A DNA stretch of 64,000 bases, from assembly GCA_964252035.1 (NCBI GenBank), contig OZ176201.1; one strand, 5' to 3'. A program made the position numbers and the translations under genes. The stretch comes from Podarcis erhardii. Lineage: Eukaryota. Positions 26,065-38,937 of the stretch are shown here, piece after piece; positions within the stretch are counted from its first letter, which is position 1, and every line of letters starts with the position of its first letter. The notes beneath the pieces were generated by a model. It was not told the DNA's origin. It saw nothing but the letters and a program-made list of their open reading frames with translations, and ran no database searches.

Positions 26065-26296
26065 CAAGGGGGTAAGGAGCAAAGGTGTTCGGTGAAGACT
26101 GTTGCTCTTTGGTCTGCAGGTCAGATAGGCCAGGAGCCTGGGGATGGGGTGAAAAGTTATCCATGGCTGATTTGCCTGCAGGGGGGTGCAAAGATAGATG
26201 TGGAGGGGGTGGCTGCTGCTTCATAAGCAGGGCCTGGGCCAGCTGGCGCTGGTGCTGCTGGATCTGCTGCTGCATGTTATTGATTGTACGTGCAAC
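26065..26296 (-). CDS. TNRC6C: TNRC6C exon, Q-rich (VARTINNMQQQIQQHQRQ…FAPYPL), 232 nt
   Basis: Acceptor tttccttgccaccag|GTT; donor CTTG|gtatgt; phase 0-1. Confidence 0.94.
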
Positions 26297-26582
26297 CTGG
26301 TGGCAAGGAAAAAAGAAAACAAAGTAAGCAAATGCTAGATGGAACAAAGGTTTGTGGCACTTTATCTAGAACCACTCAGCAGACAATGAATTCAATAGAT
26401 TAATAATTAGATGCATCCCAGACATGTAAGAGAAACTAAAGTCTGTCAGCCCCATTTGTGATTTATGTCTGCATAAAAGCATGCAGCACAGTAGATTTCC
26501 TTCACAAATAAGCTTTTTCTTGTAACATGCTAGATTCTTTAGAGGCTTTACATTTGGAAATGGGTCAACAAGTTGCACCTAC

Positions 26583-26666
26583 TTGCTGCTCCTGTTGTCT
26601 GATGGGTCCGGAAACATTACGCTGAGCCTGTAACATCTGCTGCTGGATTTGTAAACGTTGGTAAGC
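26583..26666 (-). CDS. TNRC6C: TNRC6C exon, Q-rich (AYQRLQIQQQMLQAQRNVSGPIRQQEQQ), 84 nt
   Basis: Not in the ORF track. Acceptor cttgcag|GCT; donor CAA|gtaggt; phase 0-0. Confidence 0.93.
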
Positions 26667-27597
26667 CTGCAAGTTGAGGGAAAAAAGAAGTCTACGGTCA
26701 CAGTGTGAAGAAGCCCAATGGTCTCACTGCAACTGCATTAAATAACGTATGAAACAAATACATGCTCCCAAAGACGTCCTTGCAGGAAGTAACAGACCCA
26801 GAGACAGAAGTCAGCTCAGACCAAGAGTGCAAACAATACATGGCCAATTAAAGCTATTTAAAACGTGATGAGGAAAAGGCATCATCAACTGAATGATTGT
26901 TCAAGAAAATGTAAACACGGAGATGCAAACAGAGTGTTGGTAGCATGTGAGAGAACTAATCACCAAGGCCCGGGGTAGACAAAACATTTAATCAGGGTTC
27001 GTGCTAATTCTGCTCTCTTAATCCTGGTTTAGAACTCAAGTTAACAGGAACACTGTGGTGCAGAGGTTGCCCACAAGGTGCTTGTGAAAGGTCTTAATAA
27101 ATATCCCCTTTAAAAACCCCTCGGACTTTTTGCCTTTCTTGTTCAATTCTGTCTGCACGACTCCACCTCTCCTACTCTGAGCATGCCCCCTTAAACATGC
27201 CCACATCTCACTGAGTGCCAAGTTGCTCTCTGTGAGCAAGTGTAGCGGTGGCTGATGTATGTACTTTCCCCCCTTTGATGGGGTGGCTACTGGGAGAGGG
27301 GCATGCCACACCAATCTGTATTGTCTCTTTTTCCTTGGTAGCAAGGTACGTCATGCCCCCACTCCCGCAGTTATTTGGTATTATGCTACATCTCCACAGC
27401 AGCCATTTTGTGTTCGGGCCTGTCCTCCTGGCAGCCATTTTGTGACTGACATCCCTAGCACTTTCTCAAAATTCCAAGTGTGTCTACTTGCCCAAAAAGA
27501 TTAGAGAACCTTTAGCTTGTCAAACTAAGCCCTGGAGCACACATACATTGAGATGATACCAGTGGAATTCATCTGTTGCCTATCTGAAACCCTCTAT

Positions 27598-27858
27598 ACA
27601 GTCATACCTCATATTATGTCTGCTTCAAGTTACATTCTTTCAGGTTACATCCTGCAGCAACCCGGAAGTACCGGAAAGGGTTACTTCCGGGTTTCACCGC
27701 TCGTGCATGTGCAGAAGTGCAAAATGATGTCACGCGCATGCGCAGAAGTGGCGAATTGCAACCCGCACGTGCGCAGACGCGCCACTGTGGGTTGCACACT
27801 TTTCATGTTGCAAACGGGCCTCCGGAATGGATCCCGTTCGCAACCAGAGGTACCACTG
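27598..27858. mobile_element. Tc1/mariner (Tigger-like) MITE, CpG-rich
   Basis: Ends cagtcatacctc / gaggtaccactg; TA TSD; internal palindromes (acccggaagta…tacttccgggt). Confidence 0.85.
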
Positions 27859-28558
27859 TACTATGGTTCAAACCATACATTCACACCTGGTCTCTGGCTA
27901 GCGCTTAAGCTTATTTAAGGTATTTATACCACTGTTGTTATGTCTGTACATACTTCTGTATGCTCACAAAACTGAAATAAAAAGAAGTTCTATATTTATA
28001 ACATGGGGCAATTTTCTCAAAACCTAAGATTAGTTGTTGCCATTGGGTACACTGAATTCTACACTGGTATCTGGAAGACTGGGTCCTAGAAAGATTTGGT
28101 TTGCAATAACTTTGAAAGGTTTGCAATAAAATACATGCATATTAAGGGCATGACTGATTGCACAAATGAATGGAAATAATGCTCCATTCCATCTACTGGT
28201 GAAGAAGTATTGCAGAACATCCATTTTATTAGATTAGCATACAATGCAAAAACAACAACACAGGAATCTATCAGAAATATTGTAGAATTCTGAGTAATAC
28301 TAGTGGTACCAGAGGTTGTTTTTGAGGTTACAGTCCTATACATGTGTTTCAAAAGTTAAATTTAGAACAATCCAATGGTAATGAGCAAAGAATTTAGTCT
28401 TTATCATACTGGAAGTATCAAGCAACTTTTAAGATTCAAGTAGGTATATAAATTCATTTTCAGAACCAAGTCTAATCATCATTTCTGAAGTGAACATGCC
28501 CATTCATGTGACTTTAAATGCAAAATTTTCTTTCTGGATTTATAGCTTTCTCACTGTG

Positions 28559-28706
28559 NNNNNNNNNNNNNNNNNNNNNNNNNNNNNNNNNNNNNNNNNN
28601 NNNNNNNNNNNNNNNNNNNNNNNNNNNNNNNNNNNNNNNNNNNNNNNNNNNNNNNNNNNNNNNNNNNNNNNNNNNNNNNNNNNNNNNNNNNNNNNNNNNN
28701 NNNNNN
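28559..28706. other. Assembly gap (148 N)
   Basis: Run of N in the sequence; see findings for the exon probably hidden here. Confidence 0.99.
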
Positions 28707-29606
28707 GTAAAAGGTGAATATTCATTACTACAGCTGTGTTAGTTACAGGTCTGAACTCCTTGCAGAGTTGAAACAAGACAATTCCAAAAAAAGTGGTTTT
28801 TAGGTTACTTGCTGTGATTTTTGTTTAATAGAAAGTTATGTGTAGAAGTTGAAAGCAAACACAACATATCACAGCAAAATAAACCTTCATTCCAGAACTG
28901 CTCATCCTTTCTAAATCTGACACATAAAATATAAATACTTGAGAGTTGTATCCAACCAACTCATTGTATGTGTCTAACAACTTCTGCAAGTGTCACACAA
29001 ATTGCTCTCCCTCTTCTCCCCCCAGAACTGCTCCAGAGGGTTGAGGGAACCCGCAAGGCAGATTTGGGGTGTGTGCAGGGGCAGGAAAGGAAGAGGAAGT
29101 TCCACCCTGTTCACAAAAGTCATTCCACACATGCAATGATTTAGTAGGGTACAACCTGAGTCACTAATAACTTTCCCACAACATGCTATTTTTTGTAATT
29201 CAAATAAACTGGCATGGCAACTTAAAAACTCTGTGGCATTTCTCTACACATGGTGCCTTTCATAGAAGTATGTTGTGTAAGTGTGGTTGTGTCAATATTT
29301 TATGTTTGCATTATTCCAATTGGCACTATCAGCCATCTCTAGGTGCAGATAACTTTAAGAATATATTATTATTTCTTCCATTTAAGTGTTCCACTCAATA
29401 TGCATTAGTTATGGCACAGAAATGGCCATCGCCAGGGATACAACCATTTTTGGAAAACTGAGGAGCCGGTGAGGAGAAACCTGCCTCCTGACCTCACCGA
29501 CAACCCAAGTGCTAACCGCTAGGCCCTTGTTTTCCAACTGCCAGTGGTTAATGACACCTGGGTTTGCATCCCTGGCTATCACTAATGCTACAGAGCTCAA
29601 TCTAAC

Positions 29607-29753
29607 CTGAGGGGAGAGAAACTGAGGCACTTGAGCACGAAGACTAGGCTGGGATGAGTTAAGAGGTTGCACTGGCGGTTGCTGCGGCTGTTGCATGGTC
29701 CTGGCTTGTGCTGCTCCGCTATTGCCAAACATACCCAGATTGCCACTCGGTAT
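29607..29753 (-). CDS. TNRC6C: TNRC6C exon, Q-rich region ([10 protein letters not shown]…PQFLSPQ), 147 nt
   Basis: Acceptor cccacag|ATA; donor CAG|gttaga; phase 0-0. Confidence 0.94.
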
Positions 29754-29885
29754 CTGTGGGATGACAAGGTTAGAAGATTTAGGTTTCACAATTTTATAGC
29801 TTGTGACAGTCACTGTAGACTAGCTCAAGACATTAGCAAACAAAGGAGCTCTCATGCAGATTAGCAGCAGGTGAAGGGTTTAAAG

Positions 29886-30021
29886 CAGTGATGGCCAAAC
29901 CTGGCCCTCCAGCTGTTTTGGGACTACAATTCCCATCATCCCTGACCACTAGTCCTGCTAGCTAGTGGTGATGGGAGTTGTAGTCCCAAAACAGCTGGAG
30001 GGCCAAGTATGGCCATCACTG
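29886..30021. mobile_element. hAT-like palindromic MITE
   Basis: TIR cagtgatggcca / tggccatcactg; 8-bp TSD gtttaaag/gtttgaag; core ccctccagctgttttgggactacaattcccatc. Confidence 0.88.
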
Positions 30022-30863
30022 GTTTGAAGTATAGCAAACTGAAACATCAGTAGGCATGTACCATCAGTAAGAGTTTGGTACAAATACATCAGTTGACCTA
30101 AATTACTCACGCAGCCAATCATGTTCACTTTGTGGAAGCAGCTTCCTTTGGAAAGATGATGGTGCGTACAAAACTGCACCTAATTCAGTCAAACCATGGC
30201 AAATGCCTCTAGAAGAAGGCTGGCAATGATGCCACTGAAAGTGCTGCAACACCATGGGGATCTGTTACAGAAATTGCTTATCAAATGCAATGCAAGCAAC
30301 TGGATGCAGATACAAATAGCCACCCTTAAAGATAGTTGCATGTCTAAAGCAGGCTTAAATTTCGCTTTCAAAATGAGTCAATCATAATCTACACGTATGT
30401 AAATTACCTTTATCTAGGAAATGACTTTTTTTCCTTGGACATATAGTATAAAGCTTTCCCCTCTAGTTTCAGTAAAAAAAAAATTAAAAATACGTTGCAC
30501 ATGTGGAATGTATGTCATAAAAATATAGATTTGGGTACTGGAATGCATTTGGGCATCCTGCTTGACCATTGTTTGCTCTTCCTAATGGTCATGCCTGAGC
30601 AGAAGGGAGGCAGCATCTTCATATTACGCTAAACTATAGTTAAGTGTGATGTCCAAAAGTGGCCAAAGTAAAAATGAATTACTATTATTCTGATAAGTTT
30701 GGGTCAACATTCCAGCTTATCCTTTTATAACCTTCGCTTTAAAAATAGAAACAAAAACCACTTGTACCATGTAGTTTCCTGATTATCAACTATGACACAT
30801 AGTTACAATGTTTGGGGCTTTTTAGCTCATGCAAAAGGCAACTGGGGCATGTGAAACAAATTA

Positions 30864-31115
30864 CCGTATTTTTTGCTCCATAAGACTCACTTTTCTCCTC
30901 CTAAAAAGTAAGGGAAAATGTGTGTGCGTCTTATGGAGCGAATGCAGGCTGCGCAGCTATGCCAGAACAGCAAGAGGGATTGCTGCTTTCACTGCACAGC
31001 GATCCCTCTTGCTGTTCTGGTTTCTGAGATTCAGAATATTTTTTTTCTTGTTTTCCGCCTCCGAAAACTAGGTGCGTCTTGTAGTCTGGTGCGTCTTATA
31101 GAGCGAAAAATACGG
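30864..31115. mobile_element. Tc1/mariner-pogo-type MITE (CCGTATT termini)
   Basis: TIRs ccgtattttttgctccataagac / gtcttatagagcgaaaaatacgg; TA on both sides; internal 24-bp hairpin. Confidence 0.88.
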
Positions 31116-31447
31116 TACGTATGGTGTCATGAAACTGGATAGTCTCACAGTATTAGAACCTGGGATAATCCATTGAAGCTGAATGGTAGGAGATTCAAGA
31201 CAGACAAACTTCTTTACACAGTAAGCTATCCACCCTGGATAGCTTAGAGGGTGAATAGACAAATTCATGGAGCATAAGACTATCAATAGCTATACTGTAC
31301 ATTATCTCCAATCTCCAATATGCCTCTGAATACCAGTTACAGAGGAGCACAAGTAGGAGAGTGCTAAGGAACTTCTGTTTTGCTTGTGGACTTGGCCACT
31401 GTAGGAAAAGGATTCTGGCATTTAACAATGCCTAGCCAGCTCAAATA

Positions 31448-31673
31448 CAGTGATACCTCTGGTTACAAACGCTTCTGGTTACGAACTCTGCTAACCCAGT
31501 AGTAGCTGCTCCTGGTTGCAAATTCTGCTCCAGGATGTGAAGGGAATTTGTGTGCCGGAGGTGCGCACACAGCGGGAGGTCCCATTAGTGAAAGCGCGCC
31601 TCAGGATAAGAATGGTTTCAGCTTAAGAACGGACCTCCGGAATGAATTAAGTTCGTAACCAGAGGTACCACTG
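31448..31673. mobile_element. Tc1/mariner (Tigger-like) MITE
   Basis: TIRs cagtgatacctctggttac / gtaaccagaggtaccactg; TA TSD; 3' half similar to 24970-25187. Confidence 0.9.
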
Positions 31674-32330
31674 TATAAATAATTTGGTCCATAGGTTTTA
31701 GAGCACAGCGTTGACATTACAGTGTAAGCAATGGCAAAAGGGCAAATATTTGGTTTCTCTAGTCAAGTGCTCTATCATCTAGACTTGGAAGCAGCACCAA
31801 ATGTGTGGATTGGACAGTTAAAAATGAATACTGGTCCTGTTCCACCTAACAAGCACATACTGCAACCAAGAAAGCTTGAGGGTGGGGGAGAAGAGTGATA
31901 TAAAGGCCCCAGTGTAGGGAAACCTTTCAACGTGTATGAGCTGAGAAGGCGAAGAGGAAGTAAGCAAGAGCGGCAAGAGCTATGAGTGGCAAGAAGTATG
32001 GCCTGTGTGAGGATGGGAAGGAGTGCCAGTGTGCAGGGACGCTGCGAGATGCACCAGAGGAGAAAAGGACCCAACAACAAAGACAGGAGGAACTGCAGGG
32101 AAGTAAGGGCAAGTTCTATAGCTACGGACCTGTGGGAATCTTGGCGTGCAGTAACAACTGTCATTTGAAATACGCTTCGATGACAAGCTGATTTTTGACT
32201 TTTCATTCACTACTTTACTTTTGAGAAAAAGGAGCCTTAAAATGAAAAGCAAAGCCAAACAAATATCTTGCTGACTAGCAAGCGCAAGCGTGCCGACATT
32301 CAAATAACTGTCACTCAAAAGATACCTTAC

Positions 32331-32480
32331 CTGTCTAGAAGAATTCAAGTTTTGCATGCCCAGCCCTGAGGCAATCCCACCCAGGGTCTGATTAGGGAGT
32401 GCACTGTTTGAAAGGGGGAGCTTCAGGCTTGGTGAAGGCAAAAATGGTGAAGTAGTGGGCTCTTCCACTAGGCCGCCATC
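32331..32480 (-). CDS. TNRC6C: TNRC6C exon ([17 protein letters not shown]…NLNSSRQ), 150 nt
   Basis: Acceptor tttcaatcag|GAT; donor CAG|gtaagg; phase 0-0. Confidence 0.94.
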
Positions 32481-35042
32481 CTGATTGAAAAAAGAAAGGG
32501 TGAGCTGTGTGCAGTGTCCAGGTACAGACAGTGCACAGAACAGTTTCCCATGGAAATATAAGTGGAACATGGATGAATAAAAGTTCAAAATATTGTTTAA
32601 AAAGGCATGAGGAATATATAATGAAAAGTATGGGGTGGAAGGGAGAAGAAAAAGAGAAACAGAATTTAGATACTGTTTGTCTTTACTTTTCGCTTTGCAT
32701 TTTGTAAATCTATAACTGAACAGTATTCTGTAGTATGAAAAATGGCAGGCACAAAAAGGAATGCTTGTTGTAACATTTTAAAAATAGGAATGTTACAGGG
32801 CAACCGATCACTTGCCTCAAGAGGAATGGCAAGAACACCCGCACAAGGCAGACTTCTGTCTGATCATTACTTCCATGCCCACTTCATTTCCTCTCTTTTC
32901 TCTCAATTACAAAATAAAACAAAAGGGGAGGGGTTGGAGGACAAAAGGACATTCAATTTTTCTGAAAACCCTGATTGCATTTTTGGAACACTGCCATAAG
33001 CCAAAGTGGAAACAGACTTATGAAGAAAGTTAAAAATTACAGGAGTTTCAGAATGCTTTCTTCACTGATACTTTGGTAATATACATAATCAACAATTCCA
33101 ATTTTAGGTAGTGTTCTAAATTGCAAATCAGCTGTTGAGAAAACTTGTTCCATTAATCTTCTGTGTCATCTACAGTTTGGTACATGACAGACATTAAACT
33201 ATTTTTAAACATTAGCATAGTAATCAGTATGTAAACAAACATCTGCTATTGAATGCAGGTGTATAACAATTTATTTTTAAATCAGTTACCAATTTGAGGG
33301 ATGAGGAAGATGACAAGGGGGCTGCTATGTTGACAGTGTCCTAGTCTGAATGCCATGTTTTCGAGCGAATCGGAATTTTCAAAGAATTCTGTATTGTCAA
33401 CTGCAGCCCCAAGCATATTCCAGTTTATATGCATATAGGTTTCACTGGCATGAGTAGGACTTGAATAAGTGGGCTGAATTTTGTGTCTAATTCTTCAGCT
33501 TTGTCATAGCATAAACAAAAACCAAATTGTGACCCACCCAACCCAACCAATTTCCAGTTAAAAAATTCTTCAAAGAATTGGGAGCAAGAACATCCCATAA
33601 ATTGGTGAGTTCATATGTAACACTTCTAATCCCTCAAGAAATAAGATTATCTCCTCCCTCCCTTGCATGCTCAGAGTCAATTAAGTTTTGAACCAGGCAA
33701 GTCATCACCTAAGTGCTGTCAAGCTGGTTTGTGCATATTCTCCAAACTATTACTGGAAATCACAACTTAAAGTTGGTTCCTGGTTCTTGTTTCAAGGTCA
33801 GCCACAAACCATAGTTTGCCGATTTGGATGAAATGGCAAACAACAATTTGCCTAAAAGATGGGAAGGAAGAAATGCCATACTAATGAGGAAGAGGCTTGC
33901 ACAAAGCTTATTCCCAATAATCCAAACCATGGTTTGGAAGATTGGACACATTATATGTGAAACAATCCAAAATATCAAGAAGAAAACCTTACAGCTGAAG
34001 CTTTAGGTGGAGGAGGCTTGGGAAGTAATCTCATCTGTCTAAGTCTATCTAGGAGGCCATGTTCCACTGACCTATTCTAGGGGTATTCTGCTCTTCCCCC
34101 AAAAAATGTTTTTTTCTGTGTATAGCTAGTGTCTTTGGGGTTTAATGCAGGATAAACACAGTGGGCCAGTGTGGACATAAGCTAAACCGTGATATAGTGT
34201 TACAAATTCATGAGCCAGGATACTTCCAACATTCATCAAGTGCCAGTTCAGAAACATCTGCTAATCACAATCCCTTGTTATGTCATACTCGAGAAAACAC
34301 TGTGCAAATGCTAGTTAGTGAGCAAGCTGGTATCATAAATGACAATTATACCCTGGGTTTGTCTGAATTAACCAGAGTTCTTAGAGTCTGAACATAACAT
34401 AATGGTTAATTTAACATCAAAAGAGAAAGTTTTCAATCACCTTTTCTTGTATGCAAGAGGAGAAAAGGTAGAGTGCATAACATTTCCCTTAAAATGTTAA
34501 GTGGTATATTAATTATGTAAATAAATAAACACTGTACGTGGTTCCTGGGGCTATTGGTTCCTCCCCTTCCTCATGGCTTCCCCCATCCTACTGACATCCT
34601 CACTGTATAATAATACAGATGTCTTCTGAAAACTTATTTATTTCCACAAGCCTACCTAGATGTATAATTTATTTGGGTATATTTGTTTTAATTTTATCTG
34701 TGTTTTATTGATAATTATCATATTATGTTCACTGCTTAGAGGTTTTTCTATATATATATATAAAAACCTGAACTGCAGCAATCCATGAAGTTGGCAATCA
34801 GCCCCACACATGAGCTCAGAGGCCCAAGTACAGAGTGTAGCAGTTACAAGTTTCTTTAAATAAGAGGCTCTAGCCAGTGGGATATATGTTCCGAGACCCT
34901 CAGCTCACATGCATGCCTGCCTGTCTCAATCTCATTCTCCTCAACACAGCTAGACAAAGAGAATGATTAGGAAGGGAAGGAGCAGGTTATGTTGGGAGGC
35001 ACTGAAGATCAATGAGAAAGGAATGAAAGTAAGTGATAAGAA

Positions 35043-35179
35043 CAGGCATAGGCAGATTCGGCCCTCCAGATGTTTTGGAACCACAACTCCCCATCATCCC
35101 TAGCTAACAGGACCAGTGGTCAGGGATGATGGGAATTGTAGTCCCAAAACATCTGGAGGGCCGAGTTTGCCTATGCCTG
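35043..35179. mobile_element. hAT-like palindromic MITE
   Basis: TIR caggcataggca / tgcctatgcctg; 8-bp TSD gataagaa/gacaagaa; same core as 29886-30021. Confidence 0.88.
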
Positions 35180-35233
35180 GACAAGAAGGACAAAGTGAGT
35201 CCTTGGTGAGGGGAATGAGACAACAGTAAGAGG

Positions 35234-35235
<2 letters not shown>

Positions 35236-35282
<47 letters not shown>

Positions 35283-35285
35283 TGT
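35236..35285. repeat. (TG)n microsatellite
   Basis: Direct reading. Confidence 0.97.
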
Positions 35286-37207
35286 AGACTTACTTTTGAA
35301 ACTGAACAGCAGGAGCCACAAGAAAAGAAGGTAGTGTGGGAAAAGGGGACTGCAAATTTAATCTGTGTGTGAGAGAACTGTGGAAGAGAAAGTGAATGTA
35401 TGAGTATGGTGCATGCTTCTGCACGTGTGTAAATAGATGGCTGGGGATTTCCATGTGTGAAAAGAGAAGGAATGGATTTTTGTTGGGGTGAGAGGGAGAA
35501 AAACAGAGGTGTGTCTGCACACTTTGGGCTTCGGCCCTGCCTATTGCCCTCACATGGTCTTCAGCCACTTTTTCTCACAATAAATGCAGCTCTTCACTTA
35601 TAAAGGGTTATCCACCTCAATGCTAAGCTACTGGCATTACATCTGAACTGGCCTACATTTATCAATGTGCAGTGTCTGTGCTGTGGAGCAATTAATATAG
35701 AAGTAAGAACAGGGGCTTCTACTGCTACGCTGTGCCTGTCTGGAAGAACGATAGTAAACAAAAGCATGTCTTTCCCGCCCCCACTGGTTTAGTATCACAG
35801 ACTGCAGCAGGGTGCTGAGCAAAGGTTCTGCCCCTTGTGGAGCCAGATTATTCTCTGATGCTTAAATATCCCCTTCTGCAGGCAAATATTCTACAAGTAA
35901 AAGCCTGAAGTCATGTGGAAAAAAATCTCAATTTTGCTGTGTACTTTGCAAATAATTATAGCTTCACGAGTGTATGCATGCTCTTTTGTTAACTTGCTAA
36001 AAGCAGTAATTTTACAGCTAATTTGCATCATCTTCCCACCCACTCACTCAGAAGATTATTAAGTGTCAGGGAATAGCCCATGTTCCTAAAAAGGTGAAAT
36101 ATTGTTCCATGCCAATCAAACATGAAATATCTGTGGAGTCCTAAATAAACTCCTACTAATACAAGTTTTTCTGCCGGCTCCTTGTAGAGGCCTATGAAAA
36201 GTTTCTTTATCATCAACCAATGTGATACTTAGTTTAGTGCTGGAAGCTCCTGAGGGAGGACACAGACATTTTCTAATCATATCCCCAAGGTCTTTCAGCT
36301 CAACATGTTTCACATTCTGCAAGAATATCCGTCATGCTCCACAAACTGCAGCTTGCATGACAGTAACAGGTTCAAGGATTTCTTCTGTTCAGGTCATGAG
36401 CTGTTTGCTATCCTTTCTTGCCTCTTAAGCAGGAATACTTTTCAGTGTCCTATATATTCCTACTACTCAGGATTGGTTTGCTCTAAAAACCAAGGTTCCT
36501 ATTCACGTACAAAATATTGTGGAATGCTTAAAAAGTCATTTGGTCTGAAGTTTGGCCTGAAGAAAGCTAGGACATAGCTGGAAGAAGAAGGAAAAGCATT
36601 CCTCAGAAGGGGAAAGTGGCCTTAACACTTTAAAGGCCAAAGAAACAGAAATGAGAATGAAATGTTTTGTTGTGATCCATACTCCATAGTATGATCCACA
36701 ACAGAACTTTCAAGTACTGTATTTAGGTGCAATCCACCCCCGCACCTTTATGTGCTAATGCCACATAATAATTATTTTTCCAAGTAATGCTCCGGGTTAA
36801 CAAGAAAAACTTCCTGAAAGAGTCCTATACTAATGGAAAAGGAATTCTGAGCATTTTCAGACTCAAAGGAGCCCTTCTGTTCACCAGCGGGGCAACTCTG
36901 GATGGAACACATGGTATTCATTTGTTGTGTTTACAACCCTTAAAAACACATAGAAGTGTGATACTGTACCTAGAACTGTAAACTGTAGAAAAGCTGGTCT
37001 TTTCATAAACAAATAAAGGCACTTGCTAAGCAATTAATAATTTTAGAAATAAAGTTGGGGATGCATATGATGATTACTTTATCTTGATGTCTCAATTACA
37101 GACTCCAAAAGAAGTGTTCTTCCTGGATTCTTATTCTCTGGAGCATTACAAATTGCCATGGCCAGTAATGGGATTTTGGATGTGGTAGATGTGTCAGTGA
37201 AGTATTA

Positions 37208-37338
37208 GTGCATGTGGTGCCCTCCAGATGTTTTTTATTCTACAGCTCGCATCATCCCTGAGCGTTGGCCATGCTGGCTGGGGCTGATGCGAGTTGGAGC
37301 CCAACAACATCTGGATGGCAGCCCATTGGTTGCTCCTG
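37208..37338. mobile_element. hAT-like palindromic MITE, diverged (approximate ends)
   Basis: Core ccctccagatgtt…catcatccctg…aacatctgga. Confidence 0.7.
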
Positions 37339-37624
37339 TACTAGAGTGTCTAAGGACAAACCTGTAAGAGAAGCTCCATGTAGTGGCTGGGCCTTTTTTA
37401 ATTATTCAATGTATTTGGGAAAGTTTAAAAACTATTACTGGTGTCTCTCGATTACTTGGCAAAAGACAAGAGAAATAAATTATGTTTTTCATATTTCACA
37501 TATCCACACTGCAAGATGATGTCTCAGCTCAATATTTATTGTTGATATGGCACCACTGAGGTACAACACTGAGGTTCCTCCTCCACAGAGGAACATAAAA
37601 AAGATTTCTGCCTTATGGCAAGAA

Positions 37625-37755
37625 TGGGAAACCTATGGCTCTCCAGATGTTGTTGGACTCCAAATCCCATCAGCTACAGGCAGCAGGGCCAGTGGTCAGG
37701 AATCATGAGCTGTAGTCTCAACAAGGTCTGGTGGCCCATAGGTTAGCCAGCCCTG
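37625..37755. mobile_element. hAT-like palindromic MITE, diverged (approximate ends)
   Basis: Core ctccagatgttgttggactccaaatcccatca…tgtagtc. Confidence 0.7.
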
Positions 37756-37998
37756 CTAGAAAAGAACAGCTGGAAACAGCAAGTGGCGATATTGTGCTAA
37801 TGCCAAATGTCTACACCTGCAGATGAAATAGGACATCTCACTCTCCAGTAACTAAGCTTTCTTTTACTAGTAAGCTAAGAAGTAAAGGGAGCAGACTCAT
37901 GAGGCAAAACAGTAGATTTACCTGCCCCACCCAAATTTTCCAGGTTAATCTAACTTTTAGAATTTCTTCCCACTCTGCTTCCAGAGTGCTGCACCTAC

Positions 37999-38144
37999 CT
38001 TGTCAAGGAAGGTGGGGCGGTCCATGGAAGACTCTTTGGAGATCGGTGGTGGGCGGCAGCCAAGGGGTTTGGTGACCATTCCATTGTAGTCAGCCACACC
38101 CATTCCACGCTTGTCCATTTCCACCTTCTTTTCCAGCAGAGCAC
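37999..38144 (-). CDS. TNRC6C: TNRC6C exon, UBA end (SALLEKKVEMDKRG…RPTFLDK), 146 nt
   Basis: Acceptor tttttgcag|GTG; donor GACAAG|gtaggt; phase 1-0. Confidence 0.94.
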
Positions 38145-38436
38145 CTGCAAAAAGTAAACACAATATGAAGACACCAAAGAAAATGAGGGAAATGTCCCTA
38201 AATCAAGACAAAATGACTGTTGTACTGATACAACTATTGCTACACTCCCACTGATATTAATACACTTCATACTTGAAATTTAAAATGCATTTTGTCTTTT
38301 AAAACACTAAGATTGGCACTTGATAATTTACAACCAACTCGATCCTTTGAAATAATGCTGCTGGGAAAAGTGATGCAAATTTCATTGTAACAGATCAACC
38401 CTTGCAGATGTCTATTTCAGTTACAAAAATACTTAC

Positions 38437-38494
38437 TCATGGCCTGATCTAGATTCATACTGTTACTCTTCAAGGCCTCTTCTGCTGGCTCTCT
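38437..38494 (-). CDS. TNRC6C: TNRC6C exon, UBA (REPAEEALKSNSMNLDQAM), 58 nt
   Basis: Acceptor tttttgcag|AGA; donor ATGA|gtaagt; phase 0-1. Confidence 0.94.
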
Positions 38495-38754
38495 CTGCAA
38501 AAATGAGAAATTGCATTTTTTCACAACTATGAAACACAATGTAGATTTTACAAGAACTGTAAAACAGGTGCAAGGGGAGACATACCTAGAGCTTTCAAAC
38601 CATTCAACTGGTTGAAACAGAGGAATTTTGCAATCAAGTCAGTAATATATATGTAAAATTTGGAGCAAGATGGATTTGCTAGAAGCCATGATTCAGAGCA
38701 CCTTACACCGATTACTTCCTCTCTTAAGACATCATAATCTGACATGCTGATTTT

Positions 38755-38817
38755 GGCTGGGACTTATGGAAGCTTGGGTCCACCAGCATCTGGGGGGCTA
38801 CAGGTTCCTCATCACTG
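38755..38817. mobile_element. hAT-like MITE, half copy
   Basis: …gtccaccagcatctggggggctacaggttcctcatcactg, the right half of the same family. Confidence 0.55.
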
Positions 38818-38937
38818 CTTAACACCATGAAGCCAAAACCAGAAGAAATACTAACACATGACTATTCCTAGACTAGAACCACATGATGGATGAGCTAGAA
38901 ATTTAATAAATAAATAAACAAGCCAAATGTTACTCAC

